A stretch of DNA of 63,975 nt, filler included, from Acidimicrobiia bacterium (GCA_041619515.1; 3 parts of 3 records of this genome joined end to end with filler, not necessarily neighbours in it); one strand, 5' to 3'; positions 31,374 to 41,448 are shown, counted from the first letter of the whole stretch. Numbers and translations are program-made. The notes: a model not told the origin generated them from the sequence alone.

Positions 31374-32162
31374 ATGGTTCCTAAGCTTGCACTCGTGGCG
31401 GATGATCTGGCTTTCCTGTTCAGTGATCCGGGTCGGAAACCCGATCCGGGTGCCCGGCGGACCGCGGCCTCCCCCCGGCCCCGGTCGGCCCCACGTGCGG
31501 CGAACCGGCTGCCGGCTGAAATCGAATGGATGACGCTGCGGGAGGCACACGAGCAGACGTCGATTCCCATCGCCACCCTCCGCAAGTGGGCCAAGAAGGG
31601 GAAGGTGCGGGCACGGCTGGAGCGCTCGGCCGGCACGGAGCTTCGGCTCGTCGCCTACGGTGATGTCGTCGACCGGGCGCGGGCGCTCGACCGAACGATC
31701 GCGCCGGCCGAGGTGATCGTCGACTTGCGGGAGACCGGGGCGGCCTCGACCGCAGAGCCGCACCCTGAGCCGGAGCCGCACCCTGAGCCGGAGCCGCACC
31801 CTGAGCCGGAGCCGCACCCTGAGCCGGAGCCGCACCGTGAGCCGGATGGTCCCGATGCCCGCTCGACCGACGGATCGATCCTCGTTCCGCTCGATGCGTG
31901 GGACAACATGCTGGCTCAGCTCGGCAACCTGCATGAGGCCGGCCAACAGCTCGCCGAGGCTCGGGAACGGGCGGCCAGGGCCGAGACGGAAGCCGAATTC
32001 CTCAAAGAGCGGGTCCGTGAGATGCGCAAACGGGTGGAGGAAGCCGAGCTGGCCCTCGAACTGCACAGCGAAGATCGCAATCTCCCGCAGGCATCCCCTC
32101 AACCGGAGCCGGTCCTGCGGATCGGGTGGCGTCGTTTTCGCGACCGCTGGCTCGGCACTTGA
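31374..32162 (+). CDS. Hypothetical protein: HTH-like segment, EPHPEP repeats, coiled coil (start uncertain)
   Basis: WMTLREAHEQTSIPIATLRKWAKKG; LAEARERAARAETEAEFLKERV. Confidence 0.65.
   Translation: MVPKLALVADDLAFLFSDPGRKPDPGARRTAASPRPRSAPRAANRLPAEIEWMTLREAHEQTSIPIATLRKWAKKGKVRARLERSAGTELRLVAYGDVVDRARALDRTIAPAEVIVDLRETGAASTAEPHPEPEPHPEPEPHPEPEPHPEPEPHREPDGPDARSTDGSILVPLDAWDNMLAQLGNLHEAGQQLAEARERAARAETEAEFLKERVREMRKRVEEAELALELHSEDRNLPQASPQPEPVLRIGWRRFRDRWLGT
31755..31844 (+). repeat. 5 x 18-bp coding tandem repeat
   Basis: GAGCCGCACCCTGAGCCG units encoding EPHPEP. Confidence 0.93.
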
Positions 32163-32187
32163 GTAATGTGGGATTCGGAGGCCTGAT

Positions 32188-32385
32188 ATGAGCGATCGAG
32201 AAGCAGGCTGGCTGGCGGTTGCGTCCGGCGTTGTGTTGATCCTGGCGGCGCTCCTCGCCGACGTACTGGGTTACGGCCGGGAGGGGGATTCCTTCGGGCC
32301 CGGCCAGATCATCGTGACGGTGGTGGGCGCTGCCCTGGCCGGCTACGGCGGATGGCGGCTGCTCCGGTTTCGCCAAAAACCCTGA
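32188..32385 (+). CDS. Small two-TM membrane protein
   Basis: GGAGG RBS; two hydrophobic helices around GYGREGDSFGPGQ. Confidence 0.65.
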   Translation: MSDREAGWLAVASGVVLILAALLADVLGYGREGDSFGPGQIIVTVVGAALAGYGGWRLLRFRQKP

Positions 32386-32406
32386 CCGCCCGGCGGGATC
32401 CGGTAG

Positions 32407-33390
32407 GTGAAGTCGAGCGAAGAGAGTTCTGTGACCGACCGTGACCATCAAGGCAGGCTGAGTCACTCGCCCACCGCACTCCCTCCGAGCCCCGACTTCC
32501 ATCTCGGCGGGGGTGAGTTCCTGGGGGCCGGGCTCAAGCGAATCAGTCTCGAACAACTCGACTTCGCAGTCGCCGCTCTCACCCAGGCGCGCATCGACGT
32601 AGGAATTCACGAAGCCCGCAAGGCGCTCCGGAGGGTGCGGGCCGTGCTCCGCCTGGTTCGCGATCCGCTGGGAGCCGGGGCCTATCGCCGTGAAAACGTG
32701 GCACTGCGCGACGTCGGACGCCTCATCGGCAGCTCCCGGGACGCCACCGTCATGGTGGAAACGGTGATCGGCCTCTCGTTCCTGTACCGGGACGTGCTGC
32801 AGCCGGGCGCCTTCGACAGCCTCCGGGAACGACTCACCGAGCGCGACAAGCTGATCCGGCGCCGCGTGTCCGGAGCCCGGCTGGAGCAGGTGGTGCTCGA
32901 TCTCATCGCCGCCCGGAGCCGTTTCGCCGCCTGGCCGGCGGCAGGGTTCGAGGACGGGTTCTCCCAGGTCGGCGGTGGCCTCCTGCGCGTATACCGGCGC
33001 GGCCGCAATCGCATGAACGATGCCTATCGCGCCGGGACCGTTGAGGCCTTCCACGAGTGGCGCAAGCGCACCCGCTATCTCCGATTTCAGATGACGCTGC
33101 TGGAGGGGATGTGGCCCGAGCTGCAGCGAAGCATCGTGACCGATCTAGCTGATCTTGCTGAGGCGCTTGGCGCCGACCACGACCTGGCACAGCTCTACCG
33201 GCTGCTCGATGAGGAGCCAGAGATGCTGCCGGATGAGAACGCCCGACATGTTCTCCAAGGAATTCTGGCTCGCAACCGGTCCCGCCTCCAGCTGGCGGCG
33301 CGGCCCATCGGCACCCGGTTGTACGCCGAGGAGCCGGCCGATTTCGTTCGCCGCCTCGGCGCCTACTGGGAGGCGTGGCGGCCTGCCTAG
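32407..33390 (+). CDS. CHAD-domain protein (polyphosphate-binding family)
   Basis: IHEARKALRRVRAVLRL, FHEWRKRTRYLRFQ, LGADHDL. Confidence 0.9.
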   Translation: MKSSEESSVTDRDHQGRLSHSPTALPPSPDFHLGGGEFLGAGLKRISLEQLDFAVAALTQARIDVGIHEARKALRRVRAVLRLVRDPLGAGAYRRENVALRDVGRLIGSSRDATVMVETVIGLSFLYRDVLQPGAFDSLRERLTERDKLIRRRVSGARLEQVVLDLIAARSRFAAWPAAGFEDGFSQVGGGLLRVYRRGRNRMNDAYRAGTVEAFHEWRKRTRYLRFQMTLLEGMWPELQRSIVTDLADLAEALGADHDLAQLYRLLDEEPEMLPDENARHVLQGILARNRSRLQLAARPIGTRLYAEEPADFVRRLGAYWEAWRPA

Positions 33391-33433
33391 GACCATTCGG
33401 GCCCGTATCGCCCACCGGCCCTCTGCTCCATGG

Positions 33434-34600
33434 ATGCGGAAGTGGGGCGTCGTGGTTGTGGCTCTGGTGTTGCTGGCCTCCGGGGCCTGCACCGGCAGCG
33501 AGGAAAGCGGACGGCGGCCCGGAGTGACGGCGCCGACCGGCCCTTCGACTTCGGCGCAGCCCCGGTCATCGACGCCTGTGCAGGCCGCCGTCTCGTTCGA
33601 GCTCCTCGCCGCCCGGGCGGTCCACACGGCGAGTGAGCTGTCGAGCGGAAGGGTGCTCGTCGCCGGGGGTTGTGTCACCGATGGCTGTGGGCTCGCCACC
33701 GCCGAGACGTTCATCATCTCGAGCGACGGTGCCTCGGTAGTACGCGGCCCGGACCTCCTGGGACCGCGCGACGGCCACACGGCGACGGTCGTTTCCGATG
33801 GCGATGTGGTGCTGATCGGTGGGTATCCCGGCGAAGGCCGGCCGCCGCTGGCCGCCGTCGAGGTCTTCGACGCCGACTCCGGGAGCATCCGGCTGCTCGG
33901 GGAGCTGAGCCAGCCCCGGGGCGGTCACGGCTCAGCGCTGCTCGGCGGCGAGTCGATCCTCGTCGTCGGCGGCTGGATCGCCCGCCGCACCTTCACGGCG
34001 TCGGCCGAGGTCGTCCACGTCTCCGCCGGATCGGTCGCCCGGGTTGAACCGCTCCCGGTTGCCCTCCACGCGATGGATGCGGTGAGCCTCGCGGACGGGA
34101 GGGTGCTCGTCACCGGTGGAGAGCTCGAGGGAGGCGGCGTCACCGACGGTGCCTGGATCTACGACCCGGAGTCTGATTCCTGGTCGGAGACGGGTGCGAT
34201 GACGGAGCCGCGATCCAAGCACTTCTCGCTGCTCCTCCCGAATGCCACGGTGCTGGTGATCGGGGGCGCCGGCGATGACCAGGCGATCCACAGCAGCACC
34301 GAGGTCTACGACCCGGCTACGGGCATGTTCACGGCCGGTCCCGATCTCGTCGAGCCGAGGTACAAGCTGCGCGGTGGCGCGGTGCTGCTCGACGGGGAGC
34401 GGGTGGTGGTCGGTGGCGGGGGTCGGACCGTTGAGATGATCGATCTCAGGCTGGGATCCTCGGCGATCGTCGCGGACCTGGGGTCGCAAGGTTCCTTTGC
34501 CACGACAACCGGCCTCGGCACCGACCAGGTTCTCGTGCTGGGCGGATACGACCAGAACATCGATCTGCGCCGCCGGGTGCGTGTGATCTCGGTCACATGA
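33434..34600 (+). CDS. Kelch-repeat beta-propeller lipoprotein
   Basis: Lipobox-like LASGAC; repeated R..HTA..L..GRVLVAGG units. Confidence 0.85.
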   Translation: MRKWGVVVVALVLLASGACTGSEESGRRPGVTAPTGPSTSAQPRSSTPVQAAVSFELLAARAVHTASELSSGRVLVAGGCVTDGCGLATAETFIISSDGASVVRGPDLLGPRDGHTATVVSDGDVVLIGGYPGEGRPPLAAVEVFDADSGSIRLLGELSQPRGGHGSALLGGESILVVGGWIARRTFTASAEVVHVSAGSVARVEPLPVALHAMDAVSLADGRVLVTGGELEGGGVTDGAWIYDPESDSWSETGAMTEPRSKHFSLLLPNATVLVIGGAGDDQAIHSSTEVYDPATGMFTAGPDLVEPRYKLRGGAVLLDGERVVVGGGGRTVEMIDLRLGSSAIVADLGSQGSFATTTGLGTDQVLVLGGYDQNIDLRRRVRVISVT

Positions 34601-34634
34601 GGCCTGCCGTCGGGCCCCAATCAGTGGAGGCGGC

Positions 34635-36233
34635 TCATCGGGCGGGAACCCAGCCGGCTTCCCCGAATCGATAGGCCGTTTCGGCGGGGCCGGTGGTGTT
34701 GACGTCGCGGACATACACGGTTGCGTCGCCGGGACGAAAGACCCCGACGGTGTCGACGCCATCCCCATCCCAGTCGCCGATCACAGGCCGGTCACCCGGG
34801 ACCCCGAAGAACAGGCTCCCGTCCGTGGGTGCGACGACCCCGAACCCCCCCGGCGGCGAGTCGGTGTAGTAGAAGGCGCCGGTGGAGGGTCGGTACAGGA
34901 ACACGCCGTCTCTGCCGTCACCGTCGGGATCTCCACCAAAGGCCACGTCGGTCGATGTTCCAAACCAGAACACGAGGTCGGCGGCGCCGGTGCCGGCGTC
35001 GTCGGCGAGAAAAAGGCTGCCGTTGCGATGCACGCCCAGGGTGTCGAGCCCGTCGCCGTCCCAGTCACCGACGAGGACTTGGTCGCCGGGAATCCCGAAG
35101 TGGAAGGTCAGCGCCGGGTCCCCGGCCCCTTCCCCGCCATCGGGCGGCAGCTCGTTCGTGAGGTAGGCGAGCCCGGTTTGCGGCCGATATCTCCCCGGGG
35201 TACGCACACCGTCCCCATCCCAGTCTCCGAGCAGCGCCACGTCGCCGGGATCGCCGTAGAAGAACGTGTAGTCGGGCTGGCCGGGCCTGCGCACGTGCCA
35301 CCGGCCGTCCGGCTCAACCAGGACGACCCCGTCGATCGCCTGCATCGGCGAGCATCGGGTGCCGACGGTTTCCGAATCGACGAGGCCGGCGTCCACCGCA
35401 TGGAATTCGATGGTCATGCCGGATGCGCAGGCGTCGACGAGAACGGCCCCGTACCCGGCGTTGTGGCGAGCCCGGCTCTCCGGCAGCGGGCTCCCGAGCC
35501 CATACAGCGAGCGCCCTCCGACGCCGGAGATGACGTACGGGATGCCGTCGACTGCAAGCCGCTCGTAGATGTGCTCGTGGCCGGAGAGCACCAGATCGGC
35601 TCCCCAGGCCGAAAAGGGCCATTGGAGGGAAGGTGTCGAACCCCGGACCAGGCCCGAGCTGAAGGGTGGATGGTGGAGCACCACCACCTGCCATGGCGCG
35701 GTCGAGGCCGCCAGGCCGGCTTCGAGCCACACCTCTTGCGCAGAGGCCTCCGCGTCGAAAAGGAGGACCGATTCCGAGTCGAGTACGAACACGTGCACCG
35801 GTCCCTGGATGAAGTCGTAGTAGCGCTCGTTTCCGGAGGTGGCGGTGGTGGCGATGCCGGTGCCCGGCAGCGTGAAATAGTCCAGATAGGCGGAGATCCC
35901 TCCCGGTGGATCGGTGTGATCGTGGTTGCCAGGGGCCGGGAAGAAGCCGTTCGGGGATGAGTCGACGTAATCGCCGTAGTACCGACCCACCGCGTCCTCG
36001 TAGGAGGTGGCGTCGTACACGTTGTCACCCGTCGTCACGACGAAATCCGGGGCGAGGGAGTCGACGAGGGCTGCGACGGAGGCCTCGGCCGGGCCGGGAG
36101 AGCCGTAATCGCCCACTACCGCGAAGCTGACACGGCCGGCTTCTGCGGCGGCCGGAACTTCCGTCCCGGCAACCGACGGCAGCAGAGCAGCGGCCATCAG
36201 CAGCGCACCCACTCCGATCCGATTCCGCACCAT
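34635..36233 (-). CDS. Secreted metallophosphoesterase with C-terminal GDWDGDG repeats
   Basis: VGDYG, TTGDNVY, PGNHD, HHPP, LSGHEHIYER; four GD(W/P)DGDG repeats. Confidence 0.88.
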   Translation of the reverse strand: MVRNRIGVGALLMAAALLPSVAGTEVPAAAEAGRVSFAVVGDYGSPGPAEASVAALVDSLAPDFVVTTGDNVYDATSYEDAVGRYYGDYVDSSPNGFFPAPGNHDHTDPPGGISAYLDYFTLPGTGIATTATSGNERYYDFIQGPVHVFVLDSESVLLFDAEASAQEVWLEAGLAASTAPWQVVVLHHPPFSSGLVRGSTPSLQWPFSAWGADLVLSGHEHIYERLAVDGIPYVISGVGGRSLYGLGSPLPESRARHNAGYGAVLVDACASGMTIEFHAVDAGLVDSETVGTRCSPMQAIDGVVLVEPDGRWHVRRPGQPDYTFFYGDPGDVALLGDWDGDGVRTPGRYRPQTGLAYLTNELPPDGGEGAGDPALTFHFGIPGDQVLVGDWDGDGLDTLGVHRNGSLFLADDAGTGAADLVFWFGTSTDVAFGGDPDGDGRDGVFLYRPSTGAFYYTDSPPGGFGVVAPTDGSLFFGVPGDRPVIGDWDGDGVDTVGVFRPGDATVYVRDVNTTGPAETAYRFGEAGWVPAR

Positions 36234-36295
36234 GTCCGTCAACGCTACCGCCCGGACGGGCGTCGCGTTCTCCCGGTGCACCGGCATGTGAGCCC

Positions 36296-37024
36296 TTACG
36301 GATGGGCCGCCAGGAACTCCGGACTGAGCAGGGCTGCAGCCGGCCGGTCGAGGAACCAGGTGACGTCGGCTGCTCCTTCCATTGCAGTCCGCGCCGGGTA
36401 GGCGGCTTCCCCTTCGAGGATCTGCGCAACTACCTCGGCTTTGGAGTCTCCGGTTGCCAGAAACATGACCTTGGCGGCACTGTGGAGCAGTCGGAAGGTG
36501 GCACTCAGCCGCCACATCTCCTTTTCCGGAACCCAGTTGGCCACGTACAGTGCCTCGGTCTCGTCGAGGGCCTCGGTCCCGGGGAAGAGGGAGGCGGTGT
36601 GCCCGTCGCTTCCGATGCCGAGGATCACGAGGTCGGGGCGGAACTGGTCGCGGCCGAACAACTCGGCGAGGGTCTGCTCGTAGTGGTCGGCGGCCTCGTG
36701 GGGCGACTCGAAATGGGTGGGAAGCACATGGAAGGTGGCCTCGATGTCTTCGACGAAGGCTTCCCGAGCCATGCGGGCGTTCGAGTCGTGGTGGTCGTGG
36801 TCGACCCAGCGCTCGTCGCCGAGGAATATGTGCACTCGCGACCAGTCGACATCCTGGTCGACCAGCCGGGTGTAGGTGATCCGGGGTGTGCTTCCTCCAG
36901 ACAGGAACAGGCTGACGGGGCCGGCGTCGGCGGCCAGGGCGCTGTTCAGCGACCGGGCGATGGCCGTTGCCGCCAGATCTGCCAGCGTGTCTGCATCGTC
37001 GATGACGCGAATGTGCAGCTGCAT
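36296..37024 (-). CDS. pgl: 6-phosphogluconolactonase
   Basis: LSGGSTP, GDERWV, DSNARM, LGIGSDGHTASLFP. Confidence 0.93.
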   Translation of the reverse strand: MQLHIRVIDDADTLADLAATAIARSLNSALAADAGPVSLFLSGGSTPRITYTRLVDQDVDWSRVHIFLGDERWVDHDHHDSNARMAREAFVEDIEATFHVLPTHFESPHEAADHYEQTLAELFGRDQFRPDLVILGIGSDGHTASLFPGTEALDETEALYVANWVPEKEMWRLSATFRLLHSAAKVMFLATGDSKAEVVAQILEGEAAYPARTAMEGAADVTWFLDRPAAALLSPEFLAAHP

Positions 37025-37096
37025 CCCGCCAGGGTAGGTAGGTTGGCGCGATGCCGCTCGCCATCTCACATCCGTCCCTGAGCCCCCGGGTCGCTC

Positions 37097-37753
37097 GTGG
37101 TTGAGCCGGTCGTCATCCAATGGGAAGACGGGGAGGTTTCGGGCCGGTACGTCGATGCGCCCGCCTCCACCGGGGTCCTGCTGGCGCACGGTGCCGGTCT
37201 CGGGCAGGATCACGAGTGGATGGTCACGGTTCGTGACGGCCTGGCCGCAGCCGGGCTCCCCGTGCTCACGTTCAACTACCCCTACATGGAGGCGGGGCGC
37301 AAGGCTCCCAACCCCAGCCGCATCCTCCTCGCCTGCCATGAAGCGGCCTTGTCGGCGATGCGGGGCAGGGTGGACGAGGTCGTGCTGGCCGGCAAGTCGA
37401 TGGGGGGCCGCTTGGGATCGCATCTCGCCGCCGGCGGTGAGGCGGTGGCCGGGGTGGTGTGCTACGGCTATCCGCTGGTGGCGGTTGGCAAGACGGAGCC
37501 TCGTGACGTTGCCCACCTCGCCGAGGTGGGCGCCCCGCTGCTGTTCGTGCAAGGAACCCGGGACCGGCTGGCCCCGCTGGCGTTGATGCGTGCTGTCGTA
37601 GAGAAGCTTCCGGCCGCCGCCATGCACATCATCGAGGACGGCGACCATTCGTTCCGGGTGCCGAAACGTGCCGGTCGGACACAATCCGATGTGCTCTCGG
37701 AGGTCGTCGAGGTGACCGTCGACTGGATCGCCGGGATCTCCCCGCCGCGCTGA
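37097..37753 (+). CDS. Alpha/beta hydrolase (DLH/KANL3-like)
   Basis: LAHGAG, GKSMGGR, QGTRD, DGDHSF. Confidence 0.9.
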   Translation: MVEPVVIQWEDGEVSGRYVDAPASTGVLLAHGAGLGQDHEWMVTVRDGLAAAGLPVLTFNYPYMEAGRKAPNPSRILLACHEAALSAMRGRVDEVVLAGKSMGGRLGSHLAAGGEAVAGVVCYGYPLVAVGKTEPRDVAHLAEVGAPLLFVQGTRDRLAPLALMRAVVEKLPAAAMHIIEDGDHSFRVPKRAGRTQSDVLSEVVEVTVDWIAGISPPR

Positions 37754-37782
37754 GCTGGGAGGTTCCCCCGGGCTGTATCGGC

Positions 37783-38238
37783 TCAGTTCTCGCCGAAGTG
37801 CTCTTCGAGCTGCTTGACCTTCTCGAGGCGCTGCACATGGCGGCTTTCGCCGGAGAACCTGGCGCCGAGGAATGCCCGCACCAGCTCCGACGCCTGGGCG
37901 GTGCCGATGACACGGGCTCCGAGGGTGAGGATGTTGGCGTCGTCATGCTCGACCGACTGGTGGGCGGTGTAGGTGTCGTGGGCCACCGTTGCCCGAATGC
38001 CCTTGAGTTTGTTGGCCGCTATGGATGCCCCCGCTCCCGAGCCGCAGATCAGGATGCCCCGTTCGGCTCGCCCGTCGAGGACGGCCCGCCCGAGGGCGGC
38101 CGCGTAATCGGGGTAATCCACCGGCTCGCTCGAGTAGGTGCCGACGTCGACGATTTCGTAGCCGTCTTCGATGAGCTCGGCGGCGATGGTCTCCTTGAGC
38201 TCATAACCGGCGTGGTCGGCACCGAGGGCGATTCTCAT
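37783..38238 (-). CDS. rpiB: Ribose-5-phosphate isomerase B, canonical-length copy
   Basis: [32 protein letters not shown]. Confidence 0.93.
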   Translation of the reverse strand: MRIALGADHAGYELKETIAAELIEDGYEIVDVGTYSSEPVDYPDYAAALGRAVLDGRAERGILICGSGAGASIAANKLKGIRATVAHDTYTAHQSVEHDDANILTLGARVIGTAQASELVRAFLGARFSGESRHVQRLEKVKQLEEHFGEN

Positions 38239-38274
38239 GACCGGGGAGGCTAGTGGCTCGCAGCCGACGCGCTG

Positions 38275-38298
38275 GGCCCCCCGGAGTTCCGGGGGGCC
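38275..38298 (-). terminator. GC-rich hairpin downstream of the secreted-protein gene
   Basis: GGCCCCCCGG-AGTT-CCGGGGGGCC. Confidence 0.55.
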
Positions 38299-38316
38299 GC
38301 ACAGGGTTGGTTCGGG

Positions 38317-38652
38317 CTAGTCGTCTCCGTCGAGATCGTCGCCGTCGAGATCCCGGCAGGTGATGATGTGACTGATGTCTTTGCCGGACTTGGTGGTGAC
38401 GTCCTCGAACTGCTCGACCGGCCGGAACTCGTCGTTGTTACGGGACGACTTCAGCACGACCAGGGCGTACTCATCGTCGCTGATCCACGTCGGGCCGGCA
38501 TCCTCGTCCATTTCGATCTTGGTGCACTCGAATCCGGGATTCAGCTGCTCCCAGTGGTCGACCTGGTTGGTGCTCTTGGCCAGCGCCGCCGGGGCCAGGA
38601 CCAAGCTGGCCAGCAGGCTGAGTGCCAATATCATCGCGAGTCTCGTTTTCAT
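38317..38652 (-). CDS. Small secreted hypothetical protein
   Basis: AAGGAG RBS, signal peptide ending ALA, CTKIE...VVLKS...KDISHIITC. Confidence 0.75.
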   Translation of the reverse strand: MKTRLAMILALSLLASLVLAPAALAKSTNQVDHWEQLNPGFECTKIEMDEDAGPTWISDDEYALVVLKSSRNNDEFRPVEQFEDVTTKSGKDISHIITCRDLDGDDLDGDD

Positions 38653-38797
38653 GGTCCGTCTCCTTTGATTCTCACCTTACTTAATCCCTCCCAATCACCA
38701 TACGACCACTCTGAGTGGTTGGAGGTGGGTCGGACGGCTCATTGCGAGCGGGTGGTAAAACCGGGGGGATACAGCCCGGGACTCATATCATCCACCT

Positions 38798-40051
38798 ATG
38801 CCCGAAATCGTTGTCACCGGCGGAGCGGCTCTGGCCGGGTCCGTCGCAGTCCTCGGTGCCAAGAACGCCGTGCTCAAGCAGCAGGTGGCCGCCTTGCTGG
38901 CGCCCGGCAAACATCTATTGGAAAACGTCCCCCATATCGTCGATGTCGAGCTGATGGGCGATGTGCTCCAATATGTCGGCGCTTCCTGTGCGCTCGACCA
39001 GCACACCCTCACGATCGATGTGCCGGAGGACATTACTCCCGAGGCTCCGCTCGACCTGGTGCGTCGGATGCGAGCATCCATCCTCGTGCTGGGCCCACTG
39101 CTCGCCCGCTGCGGCCGGGTGAGGGTGGCACTGCCCGGCGGTGACGACCTCGGCGCCCGACCCGTCGACATGCACATCGACGGCCTTCGGCAGCTGGGCG
39201 CCGAGTTCGAGCTGCGGCACGGGGTGCTGGAAGGAACCGCCCACCGCGGCTTGCGAGGGGCCGAGGTGGCTTTCGACTTCCCCAGTGTCGGGGCTACCGA
39301 GAACGTGTTGCTGGCGGCGGTGCTGGCGCGGGGCGAGACGGTCATCGACAACGCCGCTCGCGAGCCCGAGCTAGAGGATCTCGCCGCCTATCTGAACGCC
39401 ATGGGCGCGCGCATAACCGGAGCCGGCACCTCGACGATCCGGGTGCTCGGGGTGGAGGCGCTCCAGCCGGCCACCCACCGTGTGGTTCCCGACCGGATCG
39501 AGGCGGGAACGTATGCCGTGGCCGCCGCCATCACCGCCGGTGAGGTCACCGTGACCGAATGCGTCCCCGATCACCTGCGCATGGAACTGCGCAAGCTGCA
39601 GGAGACGGGGTGCCGGGTTGAGGCAGGCGACGATTGGGTGCACGTGCTTGGGCCCAAGCGGCCCACCGCCCTCAATTTCGCCACCCTGCCCTTCCCGGGG
39701 TTTGCCACCGACCTTCATCCCCAAATGGTCGCGCTGCTGGCCACCGCCGACGGCACGTCGGTGATCACCGAAAACGTCTACGAATCGCGGTTCAAGTACA
39801 TCGGAGAGCTGAGCAGGATGGGGGCCGACATCTCCACCGATTGGCAGCACGCCGTCATCCGCGGTGTGCCCTACCTGTCGGGCTGCCCGGTGGTTGCCCC
39901 CGACATCCGGGCCGGTGCCTCGCTGGTGCTGGCCGGGCTGCGGGCCGAGGGCTACTCGACGGTCACCGAGGTCCACCACATCGATCGCGGCTACGAGGGA
40001 TTCGTCGAGAAGCTGGCTGCGCTCGGGGCCGTCATCGAGCGGCGGCCCTAG
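38798..40051 (+). CDS. murA: UDP-N-acetylglucosamine 1-carboxyvinyltransferase
   Basis: [53 protein letters not shown]. Confidence 0.96.
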   Translation: MPEIVVTGGAALAGSVAVLGAKNAVLKQQVAALLAPGKHLLENVPHIVDVELMGDVLQYVGASCALDQHTLTIDVPEDITPEAPLDLVRRMRASILVLGPLLARCGRVRVALPGGDDLGARPVDMHIDGLRQLGAEFELRHGVLEGTAHRGLRGAEVAFDFPSVGATENVLLAAVLARGETVIDNAAREPELEDLAAYLNAMGARITGAGTSTIRVLGVEALQPATHRVVPDRIEAGTYAVAAAITAGEVTVTECVPDHLRMELRKLQETGCRVEAGDDWVHVLGPKRPTALNFATLPFPGFATDLHPQMVALLATADGTSVITENVYESRFKYIGELSRMGADISTDWQHAVIRGVPYLSGCPVVAPDIRAGASLVLAGLRAEGYSTVTEVHHIDRGYEGFVEKLAALGAVIERRP

Positions 40052-40071
40052 CCCCCGGCACGAGGGCGGCT

Positions 40072-41448
40072 TCAGCCCGCCAGCGTCATCACCCGGTCGG
40101 GCCGCAGCAGGAACGGGGGCAGATAAGCGGGTATGTTCGAGAACGGCAGGACCTCCGGATGCAGATCGATGCCGATGGCGTTCGTCATGAACGCCCGTCT
40201 CGCCTGAATGCGGGCCCAGGCATCCGGGTAGCGTTCGGCCAGCTCCCGTCGCAGCGACTCGTCGGCCAGGGCTACCCCGTCCTCGATATTGGTCGTGAAG
40301 TAGGCGGTGCCGGTAGCCGGGATGACATCGACCTGGAATGCCATGCCGGATCGGAGCTCGATGGTCGAATCCGGCCAGATCGGGGAGTTGACCCATTCAT
40401 CGAGGCTGATCTGATGGCCCGGGTTGAGGAAGATCCCGAAGAACGGATCCCCGAGGTGGCGATCGACGATTTCCTGGAGTGCCCCGCCGGTCTGGCCGAT
40501 GCGGAGGGCGCCGTACCACTCGGCCACGGCTTCGAAATAGGGCCCGACCAGCCGGTCCACGTAGTCCTGGATTTCGGCGGGCAACTCGGAGGCATCCTCC
40601 ACGACGAAGCCGGCCCGGCAGTTGAGCGCCCCCCAGATCCCGAATGCGACCGTGAATCGGTCGCCGCGTTCGATGCGACGCTCTCCCGGGCTCAGCAGTC
40701 CCAGCGAGGCTCGCTCGCCCGCGGTCAGCATGAGATGGCAGGAGAGCGGCATCCCGTTCCACTCGAGCAGCCGCACCGCCTCCCGCTCTCGCATGCCGGG
40801 TTGCAGCGAGAACAGCAGGTTGCGGACCCCGCTCGACGTGTGGCAGGCGGCGTACTCGAACGCGGCCAGTTGTTCCACCTCGTTGATGACACGCAGCCCG
40901 TCGGCGGCGTCGATGAGCAGGTCGGTGGCGTTCTCCACCTTGCCGTGCGGCCCCGTCAAGTGGCGCAGCTCATCCACGACAAACGCGGGTGCATCGATCA
41001 GGGCCGGGTCTCCGTAGTCCTTCCACCCCACCACGCCGACCCGGGTTCCTGTCGCTACCCCCTCGTCCCTGAGGATGTCGGCGAGCGGACGCGAGCGATG
41101 GCGCGGCTGGCTCGGCAAGCTGAGGTCCTGGAACATGTGGCGGCGCAGCGTCACCGGGGCCGCTCCGGCCATGCCCCAGCATTCGTTGCCCACCAGGACG
41201 GCCGGCTCGCCCGACGGTCCCAGCACGAGCAGCGTCTCCTCGAATCTCGGGTCGAACCCGGTGAGGTAGGCGAGGTTGGCGCTGTGCTCACGATCGGCGT
41301 ACACGATGAGCGCCTCATAGCCGCGCGAAGCGCCCCGTTCGCGGAAACGCCGCAGTCGGGCTTGGTAGACGGCGGCGGGGATCTCGGGGGCCGCGTCTGG
41401 CATTCCGAAATCCGGCAGGTCGACGCGGGCTATGCGGGCGCTGGTCAT
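40072..41448 (-). CDS. Creatinase/aminopeptidase P (M24)-like protein
   Basis: HSANLAYLTGFDPRFEE N-domain; LNPGHQI...QVDVIP...NIEDG pita-bread-like C-terminus. Confidence 0.75.
   Translation of the reverse strand: MTSARIARVDLPDFGMPDAAPEIPAAVYQARLRRFRERGASRGYEALIVYADREHSANLAYLTGFDPRFEETLLVLGPSGEPAVLVGNECWGMAGAAPVTLRRHMFQDLSLPSQPRHRSRPLADILRDEGVATGTRVGVVGWKDYGDPALIDAPAFVVDELRHLTGPHGKVENATDLLIDAADGLRVINEVEQLAAFEYAACHTSSGVRNLLFSLQPGMREREAVRLLEWNGMPLSCHLMLTAGERASLGLLSPGERRIERGDRFTVAFGIWGALNCRAGFVVEDASELPAEIQDYVDRLVGPYFEAVAEWYGALRIGQTGGALQEIVDRHLGDPFFGIFLNPGHQISLDEWVNSPIWPDSTIELRSGMAFQVDVIPATGTAYFTTNIEDGVALADESLRRELAERYPDAWARIQARRAFMTNAIGIDLHPEVLPFSNIPAYLPPFLLRPDRVMTLAG

Noticed and set aside
31755..31844. 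Possible CRISPR or iteron repeats
   Set aside because: 18-bp in-frame coding repeat (EPHPEP) without spacers
34635..37684. 809-aa and 462-aa long ORFs suggesting a phosphoesterase-pgl fusion
   Set aside because: GC-rich open-frame extensions; pgl and the phosphoesterase are in different frames with their own starts
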